Source: an uncultured Candidatus Binatia bacterium
GTDB lineage: Bacteria; Desulfobacterota; Binatia; Bin18
Assembly: GCA_965214605.1 (NCBI GenBank)
Contig: OZ243961.1
Span: forward strand, 1,888,001-1,952,000
Direction: 5' to 3'
Length of the DNA: 64,000 bases
Within the stretch, counting starts at the first letter, position 1. Each line of letters starts with the position of its first letter. A model generated the notes under the pieces. That model saw only the letters and a program-made list of their open reading frames with translations, had not been told where the DNA came from and did not search any database. The position numbers were made by a program, and so were the translations under genes. Positions 20,156-28,849 of this stretch are shown piece after piece.

Positions 20156-20530
20156 ATGGCAGAATCAGAACGCTACCAAAAAGGCGCCGCCAAAATGAAA
20201 GAGCTGTTTGGCGCGGAACCACGACCGGGCATGATGCAAGAGGACTTTCTGAACATCACGGTCGAGAATCTGTTTGGTGATATCTGGGGCCGGCCGGGAC
20301 TCGAAACCCGCGAGCGCTCAATGATCACGGTCGCTGCGCTAACCGTCCTCTCCCGCAGCCCGGAACTCAAGGCTCATATTCGGGGAGCCCTCAATATCGG
20401 CATCAGCCGCGAGAAAATTCAAGAGATCATGATTCATCTGGCCCACTACGGCGGCTGGCCGGTCGGGGTGAACGGTCTGCGGATTGCGCAAGAGGTGTTT
20501 GACTCAATCGATAAAAAGGATGCCGGTTAG
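20156..20530 (+). CDS. Carboxymuconolactone decarboxylase family protein
   Basis: FGDIWGRPGL, RSMITVA, HIRGALN, YGGWP; GGAGGAG SD. Confidence 0.88.
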   Translation: MAESERYQKGAAKMKELFGAEPRPGMMQEDFLNITVENLFGDIWGRPGLETRERSMITVAALTVLSRSPELKAHIRGALNIGISREKIQEIMIHLAHYGGWPVGVNGLRIAQEVFDSIDKKDAG

Positions 20531-20547
20531 GACTGGAGACGCTGTCC

Positions 20548-20577
20548 CCCTCCCCCCTGAAGGGGTCGGGGGGAGGG
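20548..20577. terminator. GC-rich hairpin between convergent genes (terminator or REP-like)
   Basis: ccctcccccc / ggggggaggg perfect 10-bp stem. Confidence 0.55.
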
Positions 20578-20622
20578 CTGCCCTCTGTCTTATCCTCCCC
20601 GAGATGAGGGAACTCCTCACCT

Positions 20623-21630
20623 CTAGAGGTGGATGAGACGTCGGTAGGCGTCCAGCATGGACGATTGGCCGCTGGCTGAGTAAAACACATTGACACAGAT
20701 GACCTCATCGACGACGTCCTCGTAGTCGGCCAAACGTTTGCGCGCCTCGTCTGCCGTCCCGGCAATCGTCAAACGATCAACTGCCTCGTCGGGGATTGCC
20801 TCGACCGCCCGCTCAAGCTTATTCTCGGGGACGTACCGCCGGGCCGCATCGGCCGCAGCCGAAAAGCCGTGTTCACGCAGCATGTAGTCATAGTAGGGGT
20901 GCGGCAGAGGCGCAAAGAGGCGACAAATAGCTTCGCGGGCAGCCTGCCGCGCCTGCTCGCGGTCATCGTCAATCGCGACCATCGCCCCCATCAGAAAGCC
21001 CAGCTGGCGGGGATCACGTCCGGCCTCTTCAGCCGCCGTCCTCGCGGCCGGTTGAATCACCTCCCGCGCATACTCGGCGGACAGGATGGCGCCGAGAGCC
21101 AGGCCGTCCGCCACCCGACCGGCGACCTTGACCATGCGGGGAAAAACTGCCGACAGATAGATGGGCACATTGTCCCGGAGCGGCGTGACAGCCGGCACCC
21201 AGTTCATACGATGGATCTCTCCCTCGTATAAGACCCGCTCGCCGGCCTTGGTGTGGAAAATTTGGCGGAGCAATTCCACGTACTCTGTCATCTTTTGGTA
21301 CGGGCGTTCGTGCGGCACCCCCTGCCAGTCGGCATTGATGAAACGGTTTCCGCTCCCAACCCCAAGCACTAGCCGACCGCCGGATAACTCGTCGACATCC
21401 ACCGCGCTCATCCCGGTAATAAACGGGCTGCGGCCATACGCGTTAAGGACATACGTGCCGAGCCGCACCCGTTCGGTTGACAGCGCCAGAGCAGTGAGAG
21501 GTACAAAGGCGCTCCGCCACGCCTCGGTGACATACAGCGAATCAAGCCCCGCGGCCTCGGCTTCCTGGGCGATCCGAATCATGTCCTGTTGAGCCATCCC
21601 ACCGCCGGGAAAAATCAGTCCCCGTCGCAT
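20623..21630 (-). CDS. LLM-class flavin/F420-dependent oxidoreductase
   Basis: AEAAGLDSLYVTE, TERVRLGT, LSGGRLVLGVGSG, AGRVADG. Confidence 0.88.
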   Translation of the reverse strand: MRRGLIFPGGGMAQQDMIRIAQEAEAAGLDSLYVTEAWRSAFVPLTALALSTERVRLGTYVLNAYGRSPFITGMSAVDVDELSGGRLVLGVGSGNRFINADWQGVPHERPYQKMTEYVELLRQIFHTKAGERVLYEGEIHRMNWVPAVTPLRDNVPIYLSAVFPRMVKVAGRVADGLALGAILSAEYAREVIQPAARTAAEEAGRDPRQLGFLMGAMVAIDDDREQARQAAREAICRLFAPLPHPYYDYMLREHGFSAAADAARRYVPENKLERAVEAIPDEAVDRLTIAGTADEARKRLADYEDVVDEVICVNVFYSASGQSSMLDAYRRLIHL

Positions 21631-21658
21631 AGGCTTCTCCTCCTTCAGTCCGAGCGGT

Positions 21659-22540
21659 TTAGGGACGCAACACCACGAGCCCGTCCCGTACGGCAGGGCC
21701 GCCGTCCTCGGTTCGGACCTCAAAGTGAATCGCCTCGCCGTGCGGGGTAGTTTGACGCGACAGAATACGAACAGTGACCTCTGAGGGCATCAGCACCATC
21801 GCCCCAAACCGACACGCCACGCGTTTGACTCGCTCGGGTCTGTTCGCGATTTCTAGCTCAAGCACACGCGATACTCCTATCGCCAAGGTCGCCGTGCCAT
21901 GCAGAATAATCGCCGGCAGTCCCGCCGCGGTGGCAACCTCCACGTCGGTATGGACCGGGTTCCAGATGCGCGCGCACTCAGTATAGACATGGGCGGCTCC
22001 AGGAGCAATTGGGACTGACACTTCGGCCCGTATCGCACCGTCGTTGCTGGGGGCAGGAATGGGGGCGGGAAGATCTCGCGCCCCACGGTCCGGACCACGG
22101 ACCTCAACCCCACGATAAATTGCCCCCTGCCAGGTGGAACTCACCAATTCGCCCTTGGCGTTTGTCGTGTCCAGGCGGAGGATTTGATAGGCTCCGGGTC
22201 TGCGTTTCTCGACCCCAACAATCGTGGCCCGGGTGGTAAGCCTATCTCCGGCTCGGATAGGACGGTGGATCACCAGCTCATGGGTAGCGTGGACCGCCCG
22301 CATATGCTCCTCTTGGCTCAGCGAAGCGTTGACCGGATGATGACGCATAGCCACAATGACCGGCCACTCCACACATACCGGAAACACAGGATGCGCAAGC
22401 ACACCCTCGGGGCGCAAGGTATCAAGGTAACACGGCAAGCTATCCCCAATGCCGGCAGCGTAAGCCATCACCCAGCGAGCGTCGACTTCATGTACAGCAG
22501 ACTCGCCCGAACTTCCAACACTGTCTGAACTGAGTGGCAT
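21659..22540 (-). CDS. Double hot-dog MaoC-family dehydratase/hydratase
   Basis: YAAGIGD, AVHATH, IWNPVHTD..ILHG hydratase-like motif. Confidence 0.8.
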   Translation of the reverse strand: MPLSSDSVGSSGESAVHEVDARWVMAYAAGIGDSLPCYLDTLRPEGVLAHPVFPVCVEWPVIVAMRHHPVNASLSQEEHMRAVHATHELVIHRPIRAGDRLTTRATIVGVEKRRPGAYQILRLDTTNAKGELVSSTWQGAIYRGVEVRGPDRGARDLPAPIPAPSNDGAIRAEVSVPIAPGAAHVYTECARIWNPVHTDVEVATAAGLPAIILHGTATLAIGVSRVLELEIANRPERVKRVACRFGAMVLMPSEVTVRILSRQTTPHGEAIHFEVRTEDGGPAVRDGLVVLRP

Positions 22541-22684
22541 GCTTTCCTCCTCACGTCTACGGCAAGCTAAGCTCGTACTGGCCTGGTACAACAAACTGCC
22601 TGCTCCTGCAAGCTGTTTGCGTCTCATCCGTGTCTCGGGGTAAAAAAGTCCAGTACCGAGGCGATCTACACGGGGAGAACGGCA

Positions 22685-23665
22685 ATGCGATACATCATCT
22701 ATGGAGCCGGGGGGATTGGCGGGGGGATTGGCGCCCAACTGTTCCAGCACGGTCACCAGGTCATCCTAATCTGTCGTGGAGACCACCTCGCTGCCATCCA
22801 ACGCCAGGGCCTGACCCTCAAGACCCCACACGGAAGCCCGACTCTCAACATCCCGGCCGTCGGCCATCCGTCACAGATCCGCTTTCGCGATCACGATATT
22901 GTTCTGCTGAGCATGAAATCCCAAGATACGGAACAGGCCCTGCGCGATCTGTACCAGGTCGCCAACGACACGCTTCCCGTCGTGTGTGCCCAAAACGGTG
23001 TCGATAACGAGCGCATGGCTGCCCGGCGATTTCAACACGTGTACGGCATGGTCGTATGGATGCCCGGAACCTATCTCGAGCCTGGTGTGGTGCTCAATCA
23101 TGCAGTGCCAGTCGGTGGCATTCTTGATGCCGGCCGCTACCCCAGCGGCGTTGATGAACTCATCACTCAGGTGACTGCCGATCTGACCCAGAGTGGCTTT
23201 AGTGCCCACCCTGAGTCCGATATTATGCGCTGGAAGTATACGAAACTGCTGTCCAATATTCGCAATGCCCTGCAGGCTGTGTGCGGGGTCGATGCCCGCT
23301 CCACAGAGTTTGGGCGGGCGGTCCGGGCAGAGACCCGGGCGTGTTATGAGGCGGCCGGCATTGCCTTCGCCCCTGAAGAGGAGTTCCAAACGCGTGTACG
23401 CACCCAGCTCAAGCTGGCCGAGATTGAGGGCCAGGTGCGCCAGGGCGGCTCGTCGTGGCAGAGTCTCAAACGTGGCCTGGCAACAATTGAGACCGATTTT
23501 CTGAACGGCGAGATTGTGCTCCTCGGTCAGCTGCATGGCGTCCCCACGCCCTATAACCGGGTCCTCCAACGAGTGGCCAACCATATGGCAGCGCTCGGCA
23601 AAGCACCCGGCAGCTACAGCGTTGAAGAATTGCAAAAGCTGGTCGAGGCGGAACGCGCGGGCTGA
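22685..23665 (+). CDS. Ketopantoate reductase family protein
   Basis: GAGGIGG, QNG, KYTKLLSN, SSWQSL, ETDFLNGEIV. Confidence 0.85.
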   Translation: MRYIIYGAGGIGGGIGAQLFQHGHQVILICRGDHLAAIQRQGLTLKTPHGSPTLNIPAVGHPSQIRFRDHDIVLLSMKSQDTEQALRDLYQVANDTLPVVCAQNGVDNERMAARRFQHVYGMVVWMPGTYLEPGVVLNHAVPVGGILDAGRYPSGVDELITQVTADLTQSGFSAHPESDIMRWKYTKLLSNIRNALQAVCGVDARSTEFGRAVRAETRACYEAAGIAFAPEEEFQTRVRTQLKLAEIEGQVRQGGSSWQSLKRGLATIETDFLNGEIVLLGQLHGVPTPYNRVLQRVANHMAALGKAPGSYSVEELQKLVEAERAG

Positions 23666-23728
23666 AGATCATACGCGCTCCCCGGTCAGAGCCTTTCGGT
23701 TCTGTCTGAATCGGTTATACTGGGGCCT

Positions 23729-25429
23729 ATGTTTTTTCCTTTTGTTGCAAGCCTGCCGGACTGGATAGAGTATATTGAGGGCAAAGCACCCATCGTGCTG
23801 GTGGCCCCACACGGCGGACGCAGGCCGAGTAACGCGCCAATCCGGGACAGCATCAAGGTCAATGATCTGCATACTGCTACGCTCACCCGGCAGTTAGCCT
23901 CCCGAACGGGTGGCTATGCTCTCATTAACCAGTCGCTCGATCGCAACGAAATTGATCTCAATCGGGTCAGCCAGGTGCGCACCGATGCCCCATGGTTTCC
24001 CGATGCACTACTCGAGCTCATGTCCCATTTGGTGGCCCGGCACGGTACGGCCAAGGTGTTTTTTGTGCACGGCTGGAATGTGGTCCAGCCGGTGTGCGAC
24101 CTGGGGGTTGGCTTGAAACAACATGGGACCCGCCTCGTACCCGCTGGCAAGGGCGCGCCAACCATTGGAGCCGCCTTTTTGTCTGAAGAATTGCTGCCGT
24201 TTCAGACCGCCGGGATGGCTGCCGGGCTCGACGTGTCGCTCGGCCGCCGCTACCCAGCTGCCGCAAAAAACAACTTTATGCAGGTCTTTAGCCCCCGTTT
24301 TGCCGAGGATGAATCGTTTCCGATTCGAACCCTGGCAGAGCTGTCAAGCCAGGAAAAGATTCACGCCGTCCAACTCGAACTGGGCGTGGGGCTCCGCTGG
24401 CCTGGTCCTGATCGGGAGCGGTTTATCGATCTCTTCTGTCGGACTTTAGGTCAAGCGTCCAAGCCCCTACCGCAGCACGGCCGCGATTTTTCTCACTTGA
24501 GCCTCGCCGGCTCGGATGTCTCCACCGGTCGAGACGGCGCGTTTCTGCCTGTTCATCACGACTCGCAACCGAGCCGTATAAGCCTCCATTTCCACGATCC
24601 GGTTAGCAGCTTAGGCCTGATGGGCGGGATTGAATTCGACACCAACGCGTCTACCCACTCGGGACGGCTGCTGTTATCGCTAGGTGGTACCGAGATGATG
24701 CTGTTTACCGGAGAGGACGAGGCCAGCCCACACCCCAACCAAGTCCGTATTGGTGGCTATATCTGGCAGCGTAACGCCGACGGCCTGTCAATCTCGTACC
24801 GTGGCACGGCCATGCGTTTTTCACACCCGCAGGCGTTTATCCGCTTAGAGGACGGATTGGCTGCCTCCCGGATTGAACCGGTTGAAATGCAGCTCCAACT
24901 GGTTATCCCCCACCCCTCAATCCTGCCACCCGCTCCAATCTACCTCGCCCGCCTGTACGGTGAAATCCGTTTGCGCAACCGCACAGCCACAATTGACGCC
25001 TGGGGTTTCATGGATATGTTGCGTCCCGAGGAAGCCGGCCGCCTGCTCCCCCGCCAGCTCGTCTCGCTACCGTTTGGTCCAGATTTGGGAATCTTTCTGG
25101 CCCGGACTGAGCTTCCAGAAGGAGCGCGGTCGACTGGGGTACTCTACGCCCACGGCAGGCCCTATCCGGTGCGCCCCACCGACTGGAACCTGGACTATGT
25201 CCACGACCATGGCCGTCCGGTCACCTTTAATCTCTTCCTCAATCCAGACCTGCCGGATTTCTCCCTCAGCCTGAGCTGCCGCGGAAAAACCACGACGGCT
25301 ATTCCGGTGGTCCGGCACGTGGCCCAGGGCCGAGCGTTGACCGTGACGTTTGGGTTAGCCAAGACCTCCTGGCAGGGTCGCCAGGCCCGTGGCGTGTATG
25401 AATTTTCAGAGTTTCTAAAAACCCCCTAA
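23729..25429 (+). CDS. Hypothetical two-domain protein (N-formylglutamate amidohydrolase-like N-terminus plus beta-rich C-terminus)
   Basis: VLVAPHGG, NDLHT, DLNR, HGW, QLE motifs in a long ORF. Confidence 0.65.
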   Translation: MFFPFVASLPDWIEYIEGKAPIVLVAPHGGRRPSNAPIRDSIKVNDLHTATLTRQLASRTGGYALINQSLDRNEIDLNRVSQVRTDAPWFPDALLELMSHLVARHGTAKVFFVHGWNVVQPVCDLGVGLKQHGTRLVPAGKGAPTIGAAFLSEELLPFQTAGMAAGLDVSLGRRYPAAAKNNFMQVFSPRFAEDESFPIRTLAELSSQEKIHAVQLELGVGLRWPGPDRERFIDLFCRTLGQASKPLPQHGRDFSHLSLAGSDVSTGRDGAFLPVHHDSQPSRISLHFHDPVSSLGLMGGIEFDTNASTHSGRLLLSLGGTEMMLFTGEDEASPHPNQVRIGGYIWQRNADGLSISYRGTAMRFSHPQAFIRLEDGLAASRIEPVEMQLQLVIPHPSILPPAPIYLARLYGEIRLRNRTATIDAWGFMDMLRPEEAGRLLPRQLVSLPFGPDLGIFLARTELPEGARSTGVLYAHGRPYPVRPTDWNLDYVHDHGRPVTFNLFLNPDLPDFSLSLSCRGKTTTAIPVVRHVAQGRALTVTFGLAKTSWQGRQARGVYEFSEFLKTP

Positions 25430-25464
25430 AAAAACCTCCCCCCTCTATCGCGCGGCGACGGCGG

Positions 25465-26385
25465 CTATCGCGCTTCAAGCGCAGGAAGACGGAGCTGGCG
25501 AACGACTTCTCCAGACCGTCCAAGCGGTGGCAGCCGAGTACCGTCAAAGGTCAGCTCAACGCCCCCCGCATTGCCAACCGTCAAGGTAAAATTCTTCTTC
25601 GCTTCCCATCGCACCTGTTCGTTTGGTTGAAGCAGGACCTCTTGGGGGAGATCTTTATCAATCACGACACGTAACCAGGTTTTTTCCAGCGCCTCTATGT
25701 GAAGCTGATGGACTCCGGGGGAGACTTGTGAAATCTGACTGTCCTGCGGGCGTGATGGAAGTGCATCGGTCGGAGGCAAAGAAGGTCCCGGAGCCGATTC
25801 CGGCGGCTGCCCCTCGTCTTCCTGTTCAATGGAGAGCGAGGCTGTCTGAGTGTCCTCGCTGTGTGTCGTTGCCGGCTCAACCGCCGGCTCCTGTGGCTCG
25901 GCCTCAACCGGCTCTCTTACCACCCCCTGTTGTACATTATCCGGCAGCTCAGCGAGTGGGACAGGCGCGGTGTCCTGCGGCTGCCAGAGTGGCCACCAGG
26001 CGCGCAGATCAGCTGACCGTATGAAAAACGAGAGGCCAACCAAGCTGCCCACGAATAGCATCAGCGGAATAATCCAGGCAGAAAACCGGGCGGGACTAAG
26101 AGGGCTGTCAGGTGGCTTTTTGACCCTAACAGCTTCGCTCTTTTGCAATTCTATCATGAATTGTCGTACCACAGTATTAGGATCGAGTCCCAGATAGGTG
26201 ACGTAGGCTCGCAGAAATGGGATGAGATACGTTGGGTCGGTCGGCAGACGGTCGCCCCCCTCCAAGGCTTGGAGGTAGTGTACGGGGATGTTCAGCGCCT
26301 CGGCTGCGTCTCGTACAGAGATACCGTGATGCTCCCGGGTCTGCCTGAGCAGCATAGCAACTGACTTAATCGCCTGTCCATCCAT
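25465..26385 (-). CDS. rodZ: RodZ-like protein (HTH, transmembrane helix, DUF4115)
   Basis: LRQTRE..YLQALE..FLRAY..YLGLD, transmembrane helix, VGNAGGVEL..LG.SGEV. Confidence 0.82.
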   Translation of the reverse strand: MDGQAIKSVAMLLRQTREHHGISVRDAAEALNIPVHYLQALEGGDRLPTDPTYLIPFLRAYVTYLGLDPNTVVRQFMIELQKSEAVRVKKPPDSPLSPARFSAWIIPLMLFVGSLVGLSFFIRSADLRAWWPLWQPQDTAPVPLAELPDNVQQGVVREPVEAEPQEPAVEPATTHSEDTQTASLSIEQEDEGQPPESAPGPSLPPTDALPSRPQDSQISQVSPGVHQLHIEALEKTWLRVVIDKDLPQEVLLQPNEQVRWEAKKNFTLTVGNAGGVELTFDGTRLPPLGRSGEVVRQLRLPALEAR

Positions 26386-26446
26386 AGTTGCTCTTCTCTC
26401 GTCTACGAGGACACCTGCCTTCGGTGCAGAGTCACCTCAGAGCACT

Positions 26447-27385
26447 TCATACCAAACCTTCGAGCGTTCGGTTGGTCTGCTCAGCGTTCTCCTTTGGCCT
26501 CTGGGCTGTCTTTTCCTGTAAAAAATCGAGGAACTCCTGCACAGCAGGCGTAAACTGCCGCCCCCGTTTAGAAATAATACCAAGCGGCCGGGTCAGGACC
26601 TCATCGCGAATCTGCACCGCAACCAGAGTTGCATTCTTCACTTCTTGGCCAATTGCCGGCTCCGGCACGATGGACACCCCAGCCTCAATCTCGACCCCGC
26701 GCTTAATGGTCTCAATATTGTCCATCTCCATCACATACCGCACCTTGACGCCATTACGCCGGAAGATGCGGTCCAAGGCCCGTCGGGTGGCAATATCACG
26801 CTCAAAGCCAACGAATTTTTCGGTATTGAGCTGCGTAATCGACATCTCGGACAATGCCGCAAACGGATGCTGTGGGGCACAGATCAGCACGAGTCGGTCT
26901 TCGCGAAAGGGAGTGACGAGAATCTGTGGGCGTTTGCTGGGATAGGCGACAATACCGAGATCGACATCCCCACGGCTCACCTCATCATAGATTTTATTGG
27001 CCCGGGTATATTCGAGATGAATGTTGACCTCAGGAAAAGCCTGGAGGTAGCGTTTAAGCGGGGAGGACAGTTCGTACAGGCCGACACTATACACCGTTGC
27101 GACCCGGACCGTGCCAGCCACCGAGTGCGACAGGCTGTGTAAACTGTCCTCTATCTCCCGATATTTTTGAATAATCTCCTTGCCGACCTCGTATAATACC
27201 TGGCCAGCCTGGGTGAGCCGGACATTCCCTTTTGAACGCTCAACCAACTCTCGGCCGTAGCGCTCCTCAAGACTCCGGATCTGCTGACTGACCGCAGACT
27301 GGGTCACAAAATTCTTTGAGGCCGCCAGCGAGAAGCTCCCCGTCTCGGCCAGATCACAAAAAACCCTGAGAGTTTCAATATGCAT
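26447..27385 (-). CDS. LysR family transcriptional regulator
   Basis: GSFSLAA..TQSAVSQQIRSLE HTH plus substrate-binding domain. Confidence 0.93.
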   Translation of the reverse strand: MHIETLRVFCDLAETGSFSLAASKNFVTQSAVSQQIRSLEERYGRELVERSKGNVRLTQAGQVLYEVGKEIIQKYREIEDSLHSLSHSVAGTVRVATVYSVGLYELSSPLKRYLQAFPEVNIHLEYTRANKIYDEVSRGDVDLGIVAYPSKRPQILVTPFREDRLVLICAPQHPFAALSEMSITQLNTEKFVGFERDIATRRALDRIFRRNGVKVRYVMEMDNIETIKRGVEIEAGVSIVPEPAIGQEVKNATLVAVQIRDEVLTRPLGIISKRGRQFTPAVQEFLDFLQEKTAQRPKENAEQTNRTLEGLV

Positions 27386-27500
27386 GTTTCTAATAATGTT
27401 ATAAAGGTTTTTTCACTTTACTTATAGCTCAGATTTCGTTATCCTGCCAGGCTCATACACGGACAGTGGGGTGCAGCTCTTCGCTCGTAGCGCTGTGGTA
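27386..27500. promoter_or_regulatory. AT-rich divergent promoter region, probable LysR site
   Basis: Strongly AT-rich stretch (taataatgttataaaggttttttcactttacttata) between divergent genes; exact site not resolved. Confidence 0.4.
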
Positions 27501-27512
27501 AGGAGAGGAATT

Positions 27513-27899
27513 ATGTTTGAGCCGGATACCCTTCTCCCAGAACAGTTTTTTAGTATTCTGGGAAAAAAACCTTTGCAGGGAGAAAAACGCCTTCTCTTAG
27601 CTATGCTAGAGGATGCGGTGCACTGTTTCCAGACCTATCTGCTGGCCCGAAAACCCCATGAACGCCGCCTGTTCCAAGAGGCACAGGAATGGATTGAGTC
27701 GGCCGACACCCAGTGGTTTTTCTCATTTGAGAACATCTGCGAAATCCTTGGCATCAATCCCGGGCGGATGCGTGAGGCGCTTCAGAAATGGAGAGAAGAA
27801 CAAATTATCCTCCAACAGACAAAAATAGCCGAGCCTGAGGCGAGCCAAGGCATCTCTGTTCAAATCTCTCATCCCGAAATGACCCAACCCGCCAACTAG
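27513..27899 (+). CDS. Small helical hypothetical protein
   Basis: AGGAGAGG SD; MFEPDTLLPEQF..EKRLLLAMLEDAV..FSFENICEILG. Confidence 0.75.
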   Translation: MFEPDTLLPEQFFSILGKKPLQGEKRLLLAMLEDAVHCFQTYLLARKPHERRLFQEAQEWIESADTQWFFSFENICEILGINPGRMREALQKWREEQIILQQTKIAEPEASQGISVQISHPEMTQPAN

Positions 27900-27908
27900 G
27901 CCCGTCAA

Positions 27909-27929
27909 GCGGGGTACTCAGCACCCCGC
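27909..27929. terminator. Hairpin between convergent genes
   Basis: gcggggt / accccgc inverted repeat. Confidence 0.5.
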
Positions 27930-27957
27930 ACCCCTTCCGGCGTCTGGACGCCGAGGC

Positions 27958-28731
27958 TCACCCGATCACGCTCTCCAGCACCGCAAACAGACACACCGTC
28001 CCGGTTTCGACGATCTCGCCGAGCGCCCCGATGTTATCTCCGGTCACCCCGTCCAAGCGCTGATTACAGTACAAGATCCACCCGATCATGACACTCGCCA
28101 GTCCCAGAAAGACAAGCAAGCCCCCTACTTCCACCAGGATCAACACCAGGATGAGCGTCAGAACGCTCGCTGCACCGAACTCCCGAAACTCAACGCCCCG
28201 CATGAACAGGGCGCCAAGCCCGTGGCTGCGAGCCGGACGCGAGCTATAGGCCATCACGACACACGCCCAGCGGCCCAACATCGGACATAGGAGTACTGCC
28301 ACCCCTCGGTAGCCAGTGTCGAGACAGGCAAGAGCCAGCAGTTTCAGACTAACAATAGCCACCAGCGCTGTCACCCCACCGACATCCCAGGGGCGGCTTT
28401 TCATGTCGGCCAGACGGGCGGCTCGCGATTTGCGGCCCAGCAGTCCAACCGCGCTGGCAGCTACGGCTCTGAGCTGTAGGCCACGACTCAACAGGGCCAA
28501 AAGGACGATCAAGACTCCGCTCAGTAGGCTGAGCGGCAGGACCGGCCGCAGCATGCTATCCACACTCCAGACCGTGGCTCCGAGCAGCAGACCGATCAGC
28601 GGAAAAAAGACACCCGACCGACCAAAATGAGGGGAGGCGAGCACTGGTGGGCGGACAAGATAGAGACAGGTCAGGAATTGGAAGGCCGTCAGGAATTCAC
28701 GCAGCACCCCGGCTGCTATAGCACGTCCCAA
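27958..28731 (-). CDS. CobS-like membrane protein with degenerate acidic motif
   Basis: AFQFLT, FFPLIGLLLG, YSSRPAR..GLG, GVTGDNIGA..E match CobS; HxDG..D..D motif missing. Confidence 0.75.
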   Translation of the reverse strand: MGRAIAAGVLREFLTAFQFLTCLYLVRPPVLASPHFGRSGVFFPLIGLLLGATVWSVDSMLRPVLPLSLLSGVLIVLLALLSRGLQLRAVAASAVGLLGRKSRAARLADMKSRPWDVGGVTALVAIVSLKLLALACLDTGYRGVAVLLCPMLGRWACVVMAYSSRPARSHGLGALFMRGVEFREFGAASVLTLILVLILVEVGGLLVFLGLASVMIGWILYCNQRLDGVTGDNIGALGEIVETGTVCLFAVLESVIG

Positions 28732-28849
28732 GACCGGCGCAAATGCGGCCCTGTCTTGTGTTGCAGATACGGAGGTGGGAGCGTATGCTCAGCGGTGTCG
28801 GCTTTGTCTGTCAACATGGGCACCATGCAGCACACAGGGAGAACACGTC

